64,000 nt of DNA from NCBI GenBank assembly GCA_964016885.1, contig OZ024740.1, positions 408,394,001-408,458,000 of the forward strand, in the 5' to 3' direction. Source of the DNA: Eledone cirrhosa (lineage: Eukaryota). The translations under genes were made by a program, and so were the position numbers. Below the pieces are notes generated by a model, which searched no databases, had not been told where the DNA came from, and worked only from the letters and a program-made list of their open reading frames with translations. This document shows, piece after piece, positions 38,793 to 50,109 of this stretch; position 1 is the first letter of the stretch; every line of letters begins with the position of its first letter.

Positions 38793-39626
38793 TCATCATC
38801 ATCAACGTTGCACGCTAGCATGGGTTTAGACGGGAACTGTTCTACTTGAGGCAAGATTTGTCGGGTGACCATGTCTTGCTCGTATAGGGCTGTCTGGCAG
38901 GTTTTCTACGGCTGGATGCCCTTCCTAACACCAACCATGTTTACAGTGTGGAACTCGGAGGTTTTACCGTGTTACCTACACGGCCACATTACAGCGTGGA
39001 CTGTGTGTTTTTTTGTTGTGACACCTACATGACCTCATTTATTTTGGACTGGATGTTGTGGTACTAACATAACTTTACAGAGAAAGGGTGGTGTTGGTGG
39101 GAGTGGGGGTGGGGTGGAGTAGGGGTAGTGGGATGGGGTATATATTTGGTTAAGAGGTGCCTTACTGACTAGGTTTCGCTTTGTACATAGGCAAGGTGGG
39201 TCTTCTGTGTAACTGCATAGCGCCAAAGCTCTCGGTCCAGTGACATTGTCTTAGAGAGGTGTAAATGTGTGAGGTCGGAATTTATCAAATCATCTCAGGT
39301 TTTTCTGGGTCTACCTACTCCTTAACTTCCATCAATTTTGCTCGCCCTGCACTTTTTTATACAACTGTCGTCTTTCATGAGCATCACGTAGTCTTCTCTC
39401 GAGTAAACAGCATCTGATGCCTCTTATTCCTAATTTCTCACTTAGTTCCTTTCTGCTTTGCCGTTCACGTATATTACTATTACACATCCAACGGAGCATG
39501 GATGCTTTGTTCCTCTCCAGTCTGCGCAGATCCTCTGCACACAAAGCCCATGTCTCACTGCCATGTAACATTGCTGTTCGTATACAGGCATAATACAATC
39601 TGCCTTTCATTTTTAGAGAGAAACCT
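38793..39626 (-). mobile_element. RTE-clade LINE, truncated
   Basis: Reads GFSLKMKGRLYYACIRTAMLHGSETWAL..LLERRLR, with a (CAT)n tail. Confidence 0.85.
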
Positions 39627-39706
39627 ATATATATATTTATAGGTTTCTCTGCCATGACTGAATTATAGCTATCAACATAGTCAAGGTATGTCAGGCATCA
39701 ACTTAT

Positions 39707-39766
39707 TTTATCTGATGAGGACGAACTGTTGAAATAGCTCAGTATCTCTGAAATATGTATAATAAA
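39707..39766 (+). ncRNA. Minimal type I hammerhead ribozyme
   Basis: TTTAT-CTGATGA-stem II (gga..actg/cagt..tct)-GAAA-tatgta-TA-ATAAA. Stem III ATATGTAT is near-palindromic. Confidence 0.65.
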
Positions 39767-39864
39767 TTATATTTGATCACATGAATGTCTATATTTATTA
39801 ATATTTTGAAGTAATATTATATATATATATATATATATATTAGTCTTCAAATTTATTATTATTA

Positions 39865-39906
<42 letters not shown>

Positions 39907-39911
<5 letters not shown>

Positions 39912-40084
39912 AACGAGTAGGACCCCGACGGCTGAACTCAAGCCGTTTCGACGGCTAGCCGTTGAAACGGCTTGGGCTCAGCCGTCGGGGTCCTACTCGT
40001 TCCTATTACCCACTCTACTACCCTAAGTATTGAGTACTTTGGTGCGTTATGGTCCATCTGGTTCCTTACCATATTTCCTTCGTT
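39907..40084 (+). mobile_element. Palindromic half-hammerhead element, copy 1
   Basis: 50-bp inverted arms (39907-39956 / 39957-40006) plus a 78-bp unique tail, embedded in (TA)n. Homologs at 45726 and 59075. Confidence 0.8.
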
Positions 40085-42157
40085 ATATATATATATATAT
40101 ATATATTAGCCAGAAATAGAAGCAATTACACCCCATCAAAAGGTAGAAATAAAATCCTGGACGAATTCTGTGAACACATCACAAACTTCCCTTACCAACA
40201 CTTGCACAGACAAAAACACAAGCCAAACCTCAACAAGAAAGAATGGGAAGAATTAAATAGATTAAAAACCGACAGAACCATTACAATTAAAGAGGCTGAT
40301 AAAGGGAGTACAGTAGTCCTAATGGAGACAGAATTCTATATCAACTTAGCGCTCTCCACTTTGGAAAACGAAACATACTACGAAAAGGCTGAACACTACA
40401 ATCAACAGAAAATTATGAGAAACCTAAAAACTCTGATCAACCAATACAAAGAAGGACTCACTAACAAGGAATTCAGCTTCATCACAGACTTAACAAGTAA
40501 ATCCAGCCTTTTCTACGGTATCCCTAAAGTACATAAAAGTGAATTAATAAGTAAGGCATGCAAGGAAGCCACAGACATAGTCATCAATGTCCCCTCACCC
40601 AATGATCTCAAATTAAGACCTATAATAGCAGGCCCCACTTGCGAAACCCACTGCCTTAGCAACTTCATTGATACTTTTCTCAACATCAAAAGCTATATAA
40701 GGGACGACCTAGATATGCTCAATCACCTCCCTAATATGCCACTTTCTGAACAAACCCTACTAGTGACGTTCGATGTAGTCAACCTATACGCCAACATCCC
40801 CCACAACCTAGGAATAGAACCTATCCAATTCTGGCTGGATAATTACTACAATGGACTCCCACAATGCATCAAAAAAGAATTTGTGATAGAGGGACTCAAA
40901 TTTATCTTGGAGAACAATTACTTCGTTTTCAATAACAAACCCTACAGGCAGAAATCTGGGACCGCTATGGGAACGAAAACAGCCCCCACTTATGCCAACC
41001 TAGTCATGGGATACCTGGAAATCATCCTCTACACTAAAGTCCTAAACAAATTTGGAAACACTCTCCACTTACACATAGAAAGGAACTGGAAGCGATATCT
41101 AGATGACTGCTTCATCCTTTGGCACAAAAACATCGAGAAACTTAAAGAATTTCACACCCTTATAAATGGGCTCAACACGAATATTAACTTCATGGTGGAA
41201 TACAGCCATCAACAACTCCCCTTCCTCAACATCCTCATTAAGATCCATAAAAACAAAATAGAAATAGATATATACTACAAGTCCACAGACTCCAAGCAAT
41301 ATCTTCCTTTCAACTCTTGCCACCCTAGACACGTTAAAATTAATATTCCCTACAACTTAACCAAGAGAATCTGTACTATAGTCTCCAATAAAAACACCTG
41401 CTACTTACGGCTACAAGAACTAAAGGACACACTCATAGGCAGGGACTACCCTGCATCACTAATTGACAATGGAATCCAACGTGCCCTAAAACTCAGTACC
41501 CAGGACCTTAGACACCCTAAAGTAAATCAACCGAAACTAAAAGCTCTTCCATACATCTCCACACACAACCCCCTCAACAATGAGGCCTTTGACACCATCC
41601 TCCAGAACATCCCTGTGTTGAAAAAGGACCACAGAATGAACCAAATCCTACGAACACACGATATCATAAAGAGCAAAAGACAATCTAAGTCAATGAAAAA
41701 CATCCTAACACATGCCAAAGTACTGCCAACAACAACAACGAAACCCACAGTAAACAAATGCGATAGACCCAACTGTGGCATTTGCATCAACCTAATAGAG
41801 GGTTCGGAATTCTATTTTAAAGAAGGACAACGTTTTATAGTAAAACACAATTTCACATGCGCATCAGGAAATCTAATATATGTATTAACTTGCTCAGGTT
41901 GTCGAGAACAATACATAGGCCAGACCAAAAACAGCCTCCGCCAACGCATGACTGTCCATAGATCCCAAATTAAAATACGGGAATACAGGAAAATACCACT
42001 GAGTGAACACATTGATACCTGTGCTGCCCAAAATCATCCCAACTTCAGAATCTTTCCCCTCTACAAATTTAAAGATAATGCCACCCACACCCAGCGCATC
42101 AGCAAGGAATCTTACTTTATTAACAAATACGGACCCCGTCTAAACACTTCTCCCTAA
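40049..42157 (+). CDS. Penelope-like (Neptune-type) reverse transcriptase plus GIY-YIG endonuclease, N-terminally truncated
   Basis: Open 702-aa frame with KEADKG, FYGIPKVHK, LRPII, TFDVVNLY, QKSGTAMG, WKRYLDDCF, SCHPRH, linker KCDRPNCGIC and NLIYVLTCSGCREQYIGQT..R...H..E..LN. The first ~20 aa come from a neighbouring element and (TA)n. Confidence 0.9.
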   Translation: MVHLVPYHISFVIYIYIYILARNRSNYTPSKGRNKILDEFCEHITNFPYQHLHRQKHKPNLNKKEWEELNRLKTDRTITIKEADKGSTVVLMETEFYINLALSTLENETYYEKAEHYNQQKIMRNLKTLINQYKEGLTNKEFSFITDLTSKSSLFYGIPKVHKSELISKACKEATDIVINVPSPNDLKLRPIIAGPTCETHCLSNFIDTFLNIKSYIRDDLDMLNHLPNMPLSEQTLLVTFDVVNLYANIPHNLGIEPIQFWLDNYYNGLPQCIKKEFVIEGLKFILENNYFVFNNKPYRQKSGTAMGTKTAPTYANLVMGYLEIILYTKVLNKFGNTLHLHIERNWKRYLDDCFILWHKNIEKLKEFHTLINGLNTNINFMVEYSHQQLPFLNILIKIHKNKIEIDIYYKSTDSKQYLPFNSCHPRHVKINIPYNLTKRICTIVSNKNTCYLRLQELKDTLIGRDYPASLIDNGIQRALKLSTQDLRHPKVNQPKLKALPYISTHNPLNNEAFDTILQNIPVLKKDHRMNQILRTHDIIKSKRQSKSMKNILTHAKVLPTTTTKPTVNKCDRPNCGICINLIEGSEFYFKEGQRFIVKHNFTCASGNLIYVLTCSGCREQYIGQTKNSLRQRMTVHRSQIKIREYRKIPLSEHIDTCAAQNHPNFRIFPLYKFKDNATHTQRISKESYFINKYGPRLNTSP

Positions 42158-43455
42158 GACGAACCCACAACATACACACGTCAACATACATACCTACATC
42201 AGCATACATCTCTACCCACATATAAACACAATGACATACGTAAACACACATATTCTATGGTGCAACACAAATATACACAAATTTGCATATCTTTTGATGT
42301 CTATAGATATAAACGTGCCGACACACACACATACATAAACGCACACATGCATTGCACACTGATGGGCAAATACATATTTGTGCACAGGTATTCCAATATG
42401 GCAAGGCCTAATGAATTCCCCTTGCAGTACGTACAATCTGGACACACTCCAGATACATATTTGTGAACAAGTATACAATTTCTGGACACACTCCAGATAC
42501 ATATTTGTGCACAGGTATTCCAATACGGCAAGGCCTAATGGATTACCCTTGCAGTACGTACAATCTGGACACATTCACACACACCTTGGTATTATGCCAA
42601 TACTATATATCATTTCACACCTTTTATTATTAAGGTTTTTGATGTTCTATTGAGAGAATCGATTTTACTGAAAATATCGAATAATGTACACCATTTTACC
42701 AGAAAAAAATACTGGTCCACCCACACACACACACACACACTCTCTCACACACACACATATATACACACACACATACACACGCATACATTAACATACAAAG
42801 ACACACACACACTTCTCCGTATAAGACAAGAGCTGAAAAATATCTTTTAACATGTTAAAATATCCCCCACACACTTACAGACACATTCCTACTGACCATC
42901 CCTCTACCACGAATTACTCTGCTACACACACACACACACACACTTGTCTTAATAGGCATTTGAACTGTCAACAGGCTGCGGTTCGCACACACATCCCTGC
43001 TGACCATTATCACAACAATGAACCTCTTTACTACTACTACACACACACACACACACATATTTGTTGTGAAAGACTTATTTCTCAGTCAGCCGACACAAAC
43101 CTACATTTGGCGCAAAATCAATTTTTTACATTCACATGACCTCTACCGACCAATCAAAATTGTTTTTACCACAAGAATTTTTGCAACACGAATTGGCGCA
43201 AAATTTATTTTAATACCGCTGGAGCCACTTTTTTAACATAAAAACAGGTAGAATTCCCAAAACTAATCAGATCAGAGCAAACATCACAGACGCTCTATCT
43301 CAAAATTATTTTTGAAAAGCATTAGAAATGCGCAACCGGTAAAACTAAAAACCAAAACTGAATACTAACCAATACTATTACTAATTCTCACTTATTCCTA
43401 ATTAAACTATTTTTCACTGTGAACAATTTGTCAGCATTTCTATTCCGTTTACCAA
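40107..43455 (+). mobile_element. Neptune-type Penelope-like retroelement body with long A/C-rich 3' region
   Basis: Bounded by (TA)n on both sides. The strand compositional bias continues from the ORF to about 43455, so the 3' boundary is inferred. Confidence 0.75.
42367..42575. repeat. Minisatellite-like duplication in the PLE 3' region
   Basis: An ~80-bp unit (atacatatttgtgcacaggtattccaata..acaatctggacac) occurs twice, with a ~43-bp internally deleted unit between. Confidence 0.85.
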
Positions 43456-43488
43456 TATATATATATATATAATATATATATATATATA

Positions 43489-43586
43489 CAGGGTGTCCCC
43501 AAAAATGTATACATACTTTGATTACTTGTATAGGCAATATTTATTAGAATGCTGTTGAAATGTGTATACTTTTTTGGGATACCCTG
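43489..43586. mobile_element. Tc1/mariner-type MITE, 98 bp
   Basis: TA|CAGGGTGTCCC..GGGATACCCTG|TA. Confidence 0.82.
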
Positions 43587-43610
43587 TATATATATATATA
43601 TATATATTTA

Positions 43611-43668
<58 letters not shown>

Positions 43669-43679
43669 AAACAAATAAG

Positions 43680-44560
43680 TGTAATGAGGAGTGTAAGAGC
43701 AAGAAAGCCAACAGAAGTTGTAAATGATATGTTAAAAGCAGTGTAAAGTTGAAGTGTGAAGAGAATGATACATTAAATTATTTGAAATTGTAATAATTGA
43801 AAGGGTGTTAGAAAAGATAAGGAAGAAAGTAGTTATTGAAGAAATGCACTTTGGATTTATACTGGGGAGAGAAAGAAGTGATGTAATTTCTATGTGAGGT
43901 AGTTACAGGAGTATGTGGAAAAGAGGAAGAAACTGTTACATGGGTTTGTTGTACTGGAAAAAGCTTTTGATAAAAGTCATCAATGACGATATGAGCATTG
44001 AGTGAGCTAGACATGGAGGAAAGATCTTTTAGAGTTATGATGATAAGAGCTCATACAGTTATAAGGTGATATACAGGAACACTGATGAGTTTCAAGTGAA
44101 GATTGAAGTGCATCAGGATTGGTGTGAAACTCATTTTTATTTGTAAATGTTTATAGAGGGGCTGACGTAAGACAAGGAAGAAGGTTTACCATGGAAACTG
44201 CTTTAGGCAGATGATATAGTGTTAATTAATTGTTTCTTCATTTGGCACAAGGCCAGCAATTATCCCAGTGTATTACTGGTACTTTATTTTATCGACCCCG
44301 TAAGGATGAACGGCAAAGTTAACCTCGGCGGGATTTGAACTCAGACCATAAAGGGCCGTAACTCTTTGCTGCAAAGCATGGCATCCGACCCTCTACCAAT
44401 ACTGCCAATCCACCGCCTATAGTGTTAATTAATGAGAGTATGTATGGATTAAAGGAAAAAATGAATAGGTGGAGAGATTGTAGAGATGAAAAAGGTGTGA
44501 TGGTGATGGTAAATAATGTGGTGAGGTGGAGAGGACAAGGAAGTGGATGTGTGAAGTGTG
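43680..44560 (+). mobile_element. Old RTE-like RT remnant interrupted by a SINE
   Basis: Degenerate FVVLEKAF, VKIEVHQ and PWKLL*ADDIVLI motifs. Boundaries are approximate. Confidence 0.55.
44231..44417 (-). mobile_element. SINE family 1, full length
   Basis: 16-bp TSD TATAGTGTTAATTAAT (44215-44230 / 44418-44433). Confidence 0.88.
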
Positions 44561-45420
44561 ACAGAATGGTGTAGGAATTGTGGATGAGAAGTGTATCACA
44601 GAGAGGAAAACAAACAACGAATTGCTGACTGTTATTCCATAGTTTACACTTAAGATAGATCTTGATCCTTTAGCATTTACATTACTCTATATTTACTATT
44701 GTATTTTCACAGTAAAGGCTTTACGTCACATAATTATCTCACATAATATTGAATCTACAAGGCAATCTTTTTCTATAGTAGGGAAAATTACCTTAAAATG
44801 TTTGCTGTATTGCAACATTAGATATACTATAGAATTGTTACCTACTCTTTTCTGCATAATGAGTATGACTTTCTCATCGAGGGCAGCAGAGTTATGTATT
44901 CTTTCCTGTTTCCGTCATTGCTAGGTTTATTTTTAGATCTCTTGATTCTAGGTTCTGTTTCCAGCTTTGGAATTTTTCTCTCTAATTCTTTGATTGGCCT
45001 ATAAGAACTAGGTTGCTTCATGAGAAAAACATTTTGTGTGAATAGTTTTCTTTTCTTTTTTTGTCAGGCGTATAATCATTTCACATTGTTATTATATAAG
45101 TAAAATAATCAATATTATATACAAAGAAGAAAACAGAAAAGACAGGAAGGAATATCAGAAGAAATCTGAATCCTTCATCATGCATCATTTTCTATTTATG
45201 CATATCTGTATGTGTAACGCAGACATGCATAGATATACACTCATGTGCACATGAAAATATATACACACATGCATGCAAAGACATATATGAATGAGTGCTT
45301 ACATATATGTGTACTCTATATTGTAATTGGTAATGTAGTCTCCCAACAAGGAAGACAGACATCATTTTAGTCTCATTAGTGGCCTGGTTCTCTTTTCTGT
45401 TTCAGATCTTTGCTAATCTC

Positions 45421-45476
<56 letters not shown>

Positions 45477-45725
45477 TTTTATATATATTTTTTTATACAT
45501 ATATATATCTGTGTGTGTATATATATATATATATATCATCATCATCATCATCTTCATTTAACGTCCATTTTCCACGCTAGCATGGGTTAGACGGGAGTTG
45601 TCCCACTTGAGGCAAGGTTGGTCGGGTAACCATGTCTCACTCATATAGGACTATCTGGCAGGTTTTCTACGGCTGGATGCCCTTCCTAACACCAACCACA
45701 TATATGTATATATATATATATACAT

Positions 45726-45899
45726 AGGAAAATATTCAAGACCCCGACGGCAGAGCTCAAACCGTTTCAAAATAGCCGTCGAAACGGCTTGAGCTCTGCC
45801 GTCGGGATCTTGAACATTTTCCTTTTACCCACTCTACTACCCAAGGTATTGAGTATTCTGGTGCATTATGATCCACCTGGTTCCTTACACTTCCTTCAT

Positions 45900-45900
<1 letters not shown>
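45726..45900 (+). mobile_element. Palindromic half-hammerhead element, copy 2 (diverged subfamily)
   Basis: Inverted arms 45726-45823 plus a tail homologous to 40007-40084, with (TA)n flanks. Confidence 0.78.
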
Positions 45901-45942
<42 letters not shown>

Positions 45943-45982
45943 GATATTAAATAAATGGAAACTATATTTATAAAACCATATT

Positions 45983-46048
45983 TATTTCATTATATATATT
46001 TCAGGGATATCACATTAAAAATATGGTATGCCTTCTTCAGACAAAATA
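45983..46048 (-). ncRNA. Minimal type I hammerhead (inverted copy)
   Basis: Reverse complement of 46953-47018. Confidence 0.72.
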
Positions 46049-46664
46049 CAATATAAACAGTCTTATAAATAGATAGATTTGACATACCTTTCAACTTCAT
46101 CTTCCATTTAAAAAGTTGATTTGGTAGTGAAAAATGTTAGGGACAGTTATAAAAAGAAAGAAAGAAAAAAGCGAAGAAAAAGAAGAAATGCATGCAACTA
46201 AATAGAGAGAGATAGATAGAGAGAGATAGATAGAGAGAAGAGATTCATGTAAAGAAACAGAGAAATATATAGAGAGAGGAAAAAACATAGAGGGAGATAG
46301 ATAGAGAGAGAGAGAGAGAAAAAATATAGATAGAGAGAAAGAAAATAGGTAGTTGGGCACCAGTTGAATGACGTATCAATGATATATTTATTTATTTATT
46401 TATTTATTTAGTTCTAGTATTAAGGTAGAGAGAGATATATGTGGTTAGGAGAGAAAACAGCCGTTACATAGAGAGAAAAGAAAATATCCAGACATAAACG
46501 AGGCAGATTTAAAACATTATGTTTCATCAATGTAAAAAACCACATATATCTCTCTCTACCTTAATACTAGAACTAAATAAATAAATAAATAAATAAATAT
46601 ATCATTGATACGTCATTCAACTGGTGCCCAACTACCTATTTTCTTTCTCTCTATCTATATTTTT

Positions 46665-46696
<32 letters not shown>

Positions 46697-46952
46697 ATCT
46701 ATCTCCATCTATGTTTTTTCCTCTCTATATATATTTCTCTCTGTTTCTTTACATGAATCTCTTCTCTCTATCTATCTCTCTATATCTATCTCTCTCTATT
46801 TAGTTGCATGCATTTCTTCTTTTTCTTCGCTTTTTTCTTTCTTTCTTTTTATAACTGTCCCTAACATTTTTCACTACCAAATCAACTTTTTAAATGGAAG
46901 ATGAAGTTGAAAGGTATGTCAAATCTATCTATTTATAAGACTGTTTATATTG

Positions 46953-47018
46953 TATTTTGTCTGAAGAAGGCATACCATATTTTTAATGTGATATCCCTGA
47001 AATATATATAATGAAATA
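46953..47018 (+). ncRNA. Minimal type I hammerhead ribozyme
   Basis: TATTTTGT-CTGAAGA-AGG..CCT-GAAA-tatata-TA-ATGAAATA: 8-bp stem I with 2 G-U pairs and a palindromic stem III ATATATAT. Confidence 0.75.
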
Positions 47019-47144
47019 AATATGGTTTTATAAATATAGTTTCCATTTATTTAATATCGTAAATATACTCCAAATACTTGTTGAGTGCTTTTATATCAGT
47101 TATAAATATTTACTCGTTGTAACCCAACAATTTAAATAAAACTT

Positions 47145-47208
<64 letters not shown>

Positions 47209-47759
47209 TATTCATATATATGGTGGGGGTATTTATGTATATACATAACTGTGTCATATGTATATGCTTATACATACATGTGATGTTTATGGTCCTAATA
47301 TAGCTCTGTGCTACATTTTGTACCCTGATATAGTCATTATTATTGTATACTAGTCTAAGCAGAATCAATAGTATTAGACAGACTACCTTGCTGTATTATA
47401 TGTCCTTTAGCAATATGAATGCAAATCTTACTGAACAATGTCATTTTTCAGCTCTACTGAATGTCAATAAAGTACCAATCAAGTACTGGAGTCAATTACA
47501 TAACTACTCTCCTTACTGCGTACTCTTGTGCTAAAGCTAAAAATTATTATTTTCTTGGTGTTATCAAAAGTAGTAGTGCTGGTTGTGGTGATTTCTTCTA
47601 CTTGTGACGCTAAACTCTGCCATGTGCAGACTGCGCATCAATATGAGATATCTCTCTCCACAAAGTTCGATCACCAGCAGCAGAGTTCAAAGAGCAAAGA
47701 TCAAGTCCAGTCCATAAGTTGACATTATCAAGCCATCATTTTTGCTGTTGAGCTCTGCT

Positions 47760-48465
47760 TCTCTTACCAGCCAACCTTCCTTCCAGGCATAACCTACTTA
47801 CACCTCAAGGTGATCTTTTTATATAGCCGTATAGTTTGAGTATTTTTGACTTGACAATAGGTGTAATTGGTCTAAGTTTGGTAATGCTGAGCATCTCACT
47901 GATACAGATACGGTCACTGAGCCGCTTGCCAGTCATAAGTCTCATGATGTGGTTCTGGGATGTAGAGAGCTTCTGAAGTGACCTTGTCATCCAATTAACA
48001 CAGTCAAGACCATATAACACAACTGGTAGGATGTAAGTATCAAAGATCTTAGCCTTCAAATGATAGGAAACTCGTTTTGATGTTAGTACTTCCTTGTTCT
48101 TGTTGAAAGCTGCACAACCTAGAGCGACGCGATATTAGACAGCAGCCATTCCATTGTTGTTTGATGATAGTTTGTGACCGAGACATACAAACTCCGTAAC
48201 TTGAGCAATGTGCTGGTTGTAGATTGTGAGTTGGAGATTGGCATTGTTTGTATCAGTTGTCATACATTTTGTTTTGGAGATGTTGATGTGTAAGCCAGCC
48301 TCCAGCGAATGTTTGGCCAGTACATTCAGAAAGTTTTGCAGATCTGTTCTAGAGTAACTTGTGATGGCCAGATCGTCTGCATAGCTAAGATTTGATAGGA
48401 TTTTACCTCCTATTTGATAGCCAGAGGTGCATTCTTCTTCAGTTTGGTAGATAAGTCCAGTTATA
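47760..48465 (-). mobile_element. Second RTE-like LINE family, RT C-terminal remnant
   Basis: The minus strand reads NLSYADDLAI..AGLHINISKTKCM..FVCLG..KAKIFDTYILPVVLYGLDC..LKLYGYIKR. Confidence 0.8.
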
Positions 48466-49999
48466 ACTATACAGAAAAGAAGTGCTGTAATACCTTTAAT
48501 AGGACCAAAATATTCTCTATCTTGTGTGAGTATGTATGTATGTCACTCTTGAGTGCTACTGGTAACATGTAACCCAGTACAACCTGTCCCATGGTCGGGT
48601 CGTTGGCGACTAAAGTGGCAACCCCACCAAGTTTATTTGGTGAGGAGGGTGATTTTGGACACCCTGCAGGACAAAAAATAAAACCTGACGAAGGGCAGAA
48701 GAACTCATAAGAGTCAACGGCCATCCAAAAATGTGTAAATATGTATATACATGTGTACATATGTATGTATATGCATGTGTCCATGTGTATGTATATGTAT
48801 ATATGTATATGCATGTGTCCATGTGTATGTATATGCGCGGGGACATAGAAATAGTCGGGCTGGATACTCGATCGCGCGGTTAAACCACTGGGAGTGAAGG
48901 ACCCCTAGCCTTTGTTAGGGCGGCAACTCAGGAAACTGGGATAACTCCAACATAAAACCTGCAGCTCAGTAGTTACCGATGATGTTGATCTTTTCTTCTT
49001 TCGGGCTATAGCTACTGTCACTCATAGAGTGAGTTTGGCTCAGTGTACAGTCTTTCCTCACTTTAAAAAACAATCTTCATGCACAGGCATTGCACAATAG
49101 AATTAATTGATAACTATTAATAATGTTATATCATGCAATGGCCATAATCGATAACGAGGGGGCAGCTATCATATATGTATGTGTGTGTGTTTGCATGTAT
49201 GTCTGTCTGTATGCATGTGTGTGTTAGTATTCACATACATACACACTTCAAGAACACACTCCTTTATAGAATGAAACTTTTTCTATTCTATTGACAGTTA
49301 CGTCTGAGTTCAAATCCCGCCGAGGTTAACTTTGCCTTTCATCCTTACGGGATCGATAAAATAAAGTATGAGTAATGCACTAGGTAATTGCTGGCCTTGT
49401 GCCAAAAGTAGAAACAATTATTTCTTTGTTCTGATGTTTACAATTGAAGCTGTACCAGTGTATGTATGTGTTATATGTTCAGACTAAAAGTATGGATTTC
49501 TTTTAACCAGGAACAAAGTTGTCATTGTGTAGTGGTATAGATGAATGGATGATCTACATAAGTATCTTACTGGTACTTATTTTACTGACATTTGTTATTG
49601 ATTTTACTCTCAGTATCTTACTCCATTGACCCTGGGTAGACTGGATACAATTTTTGGCGCTGGCAGAATTTTAATTTTTGAAATTACGAAGTACTGAATT
49701 TATCACCAACTTCATCATCATCATCTTTTTATATCCACTTTTCCTTGCTGTCAATTTGAGTCTAATAAATGTTCCTACAATATATTGCTGAACTTTTCTC
49801 TTTGCTGTAATTATGTCTTTTATCACATCTGCTGCTAAATTAAAGAAAATTCATGTATTTTTCATATTAAAGAGGAATCCAGCAATTTTTGTATTTCTGC
49901 CAATGAGATATGCTTGAGTATACACATATAGATATTACTAACTATAACTAGTAAATACAAGTTTGAAAATTCAAGGATCTTTTTGATTTGTTATTTCAG

Positions 50000-50109
50000 A
50001 ATTCTTGGCTTTCGCAGGACACCTCTGGCAGTGGGTCGCTTTTTAAATCTACAGACTGAGGTTATTCCCGTGGCAAGCTCAAGGTTATTAGATACATTTT
50101 TTACCAAAG
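50000..50109 (+). CDS. FAM20B: FAM20B-like internal exon B (110 bp, phase 2 to phase 1)
   Basis: ttatttcag|A acceptor and G|gtcagt donor. Translates (R)[36 protein letters not shown](D), matching FAM20B [34 protein letters not shown]. Confidence 0.93.

Larger units (their letters stand above)
45941..47148 (+). mobile_element. PLE-like 3' fragment forming a ~510-bp near-perfect inverted repeat
   Basis: 45941-46446 is the reverse complement of 46538-47060, with a 91-bp spacer and a unique tail at 47061-47148. Flanked by (TA)n, and each arm contains a hammerhead. Confidence 0.88.
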
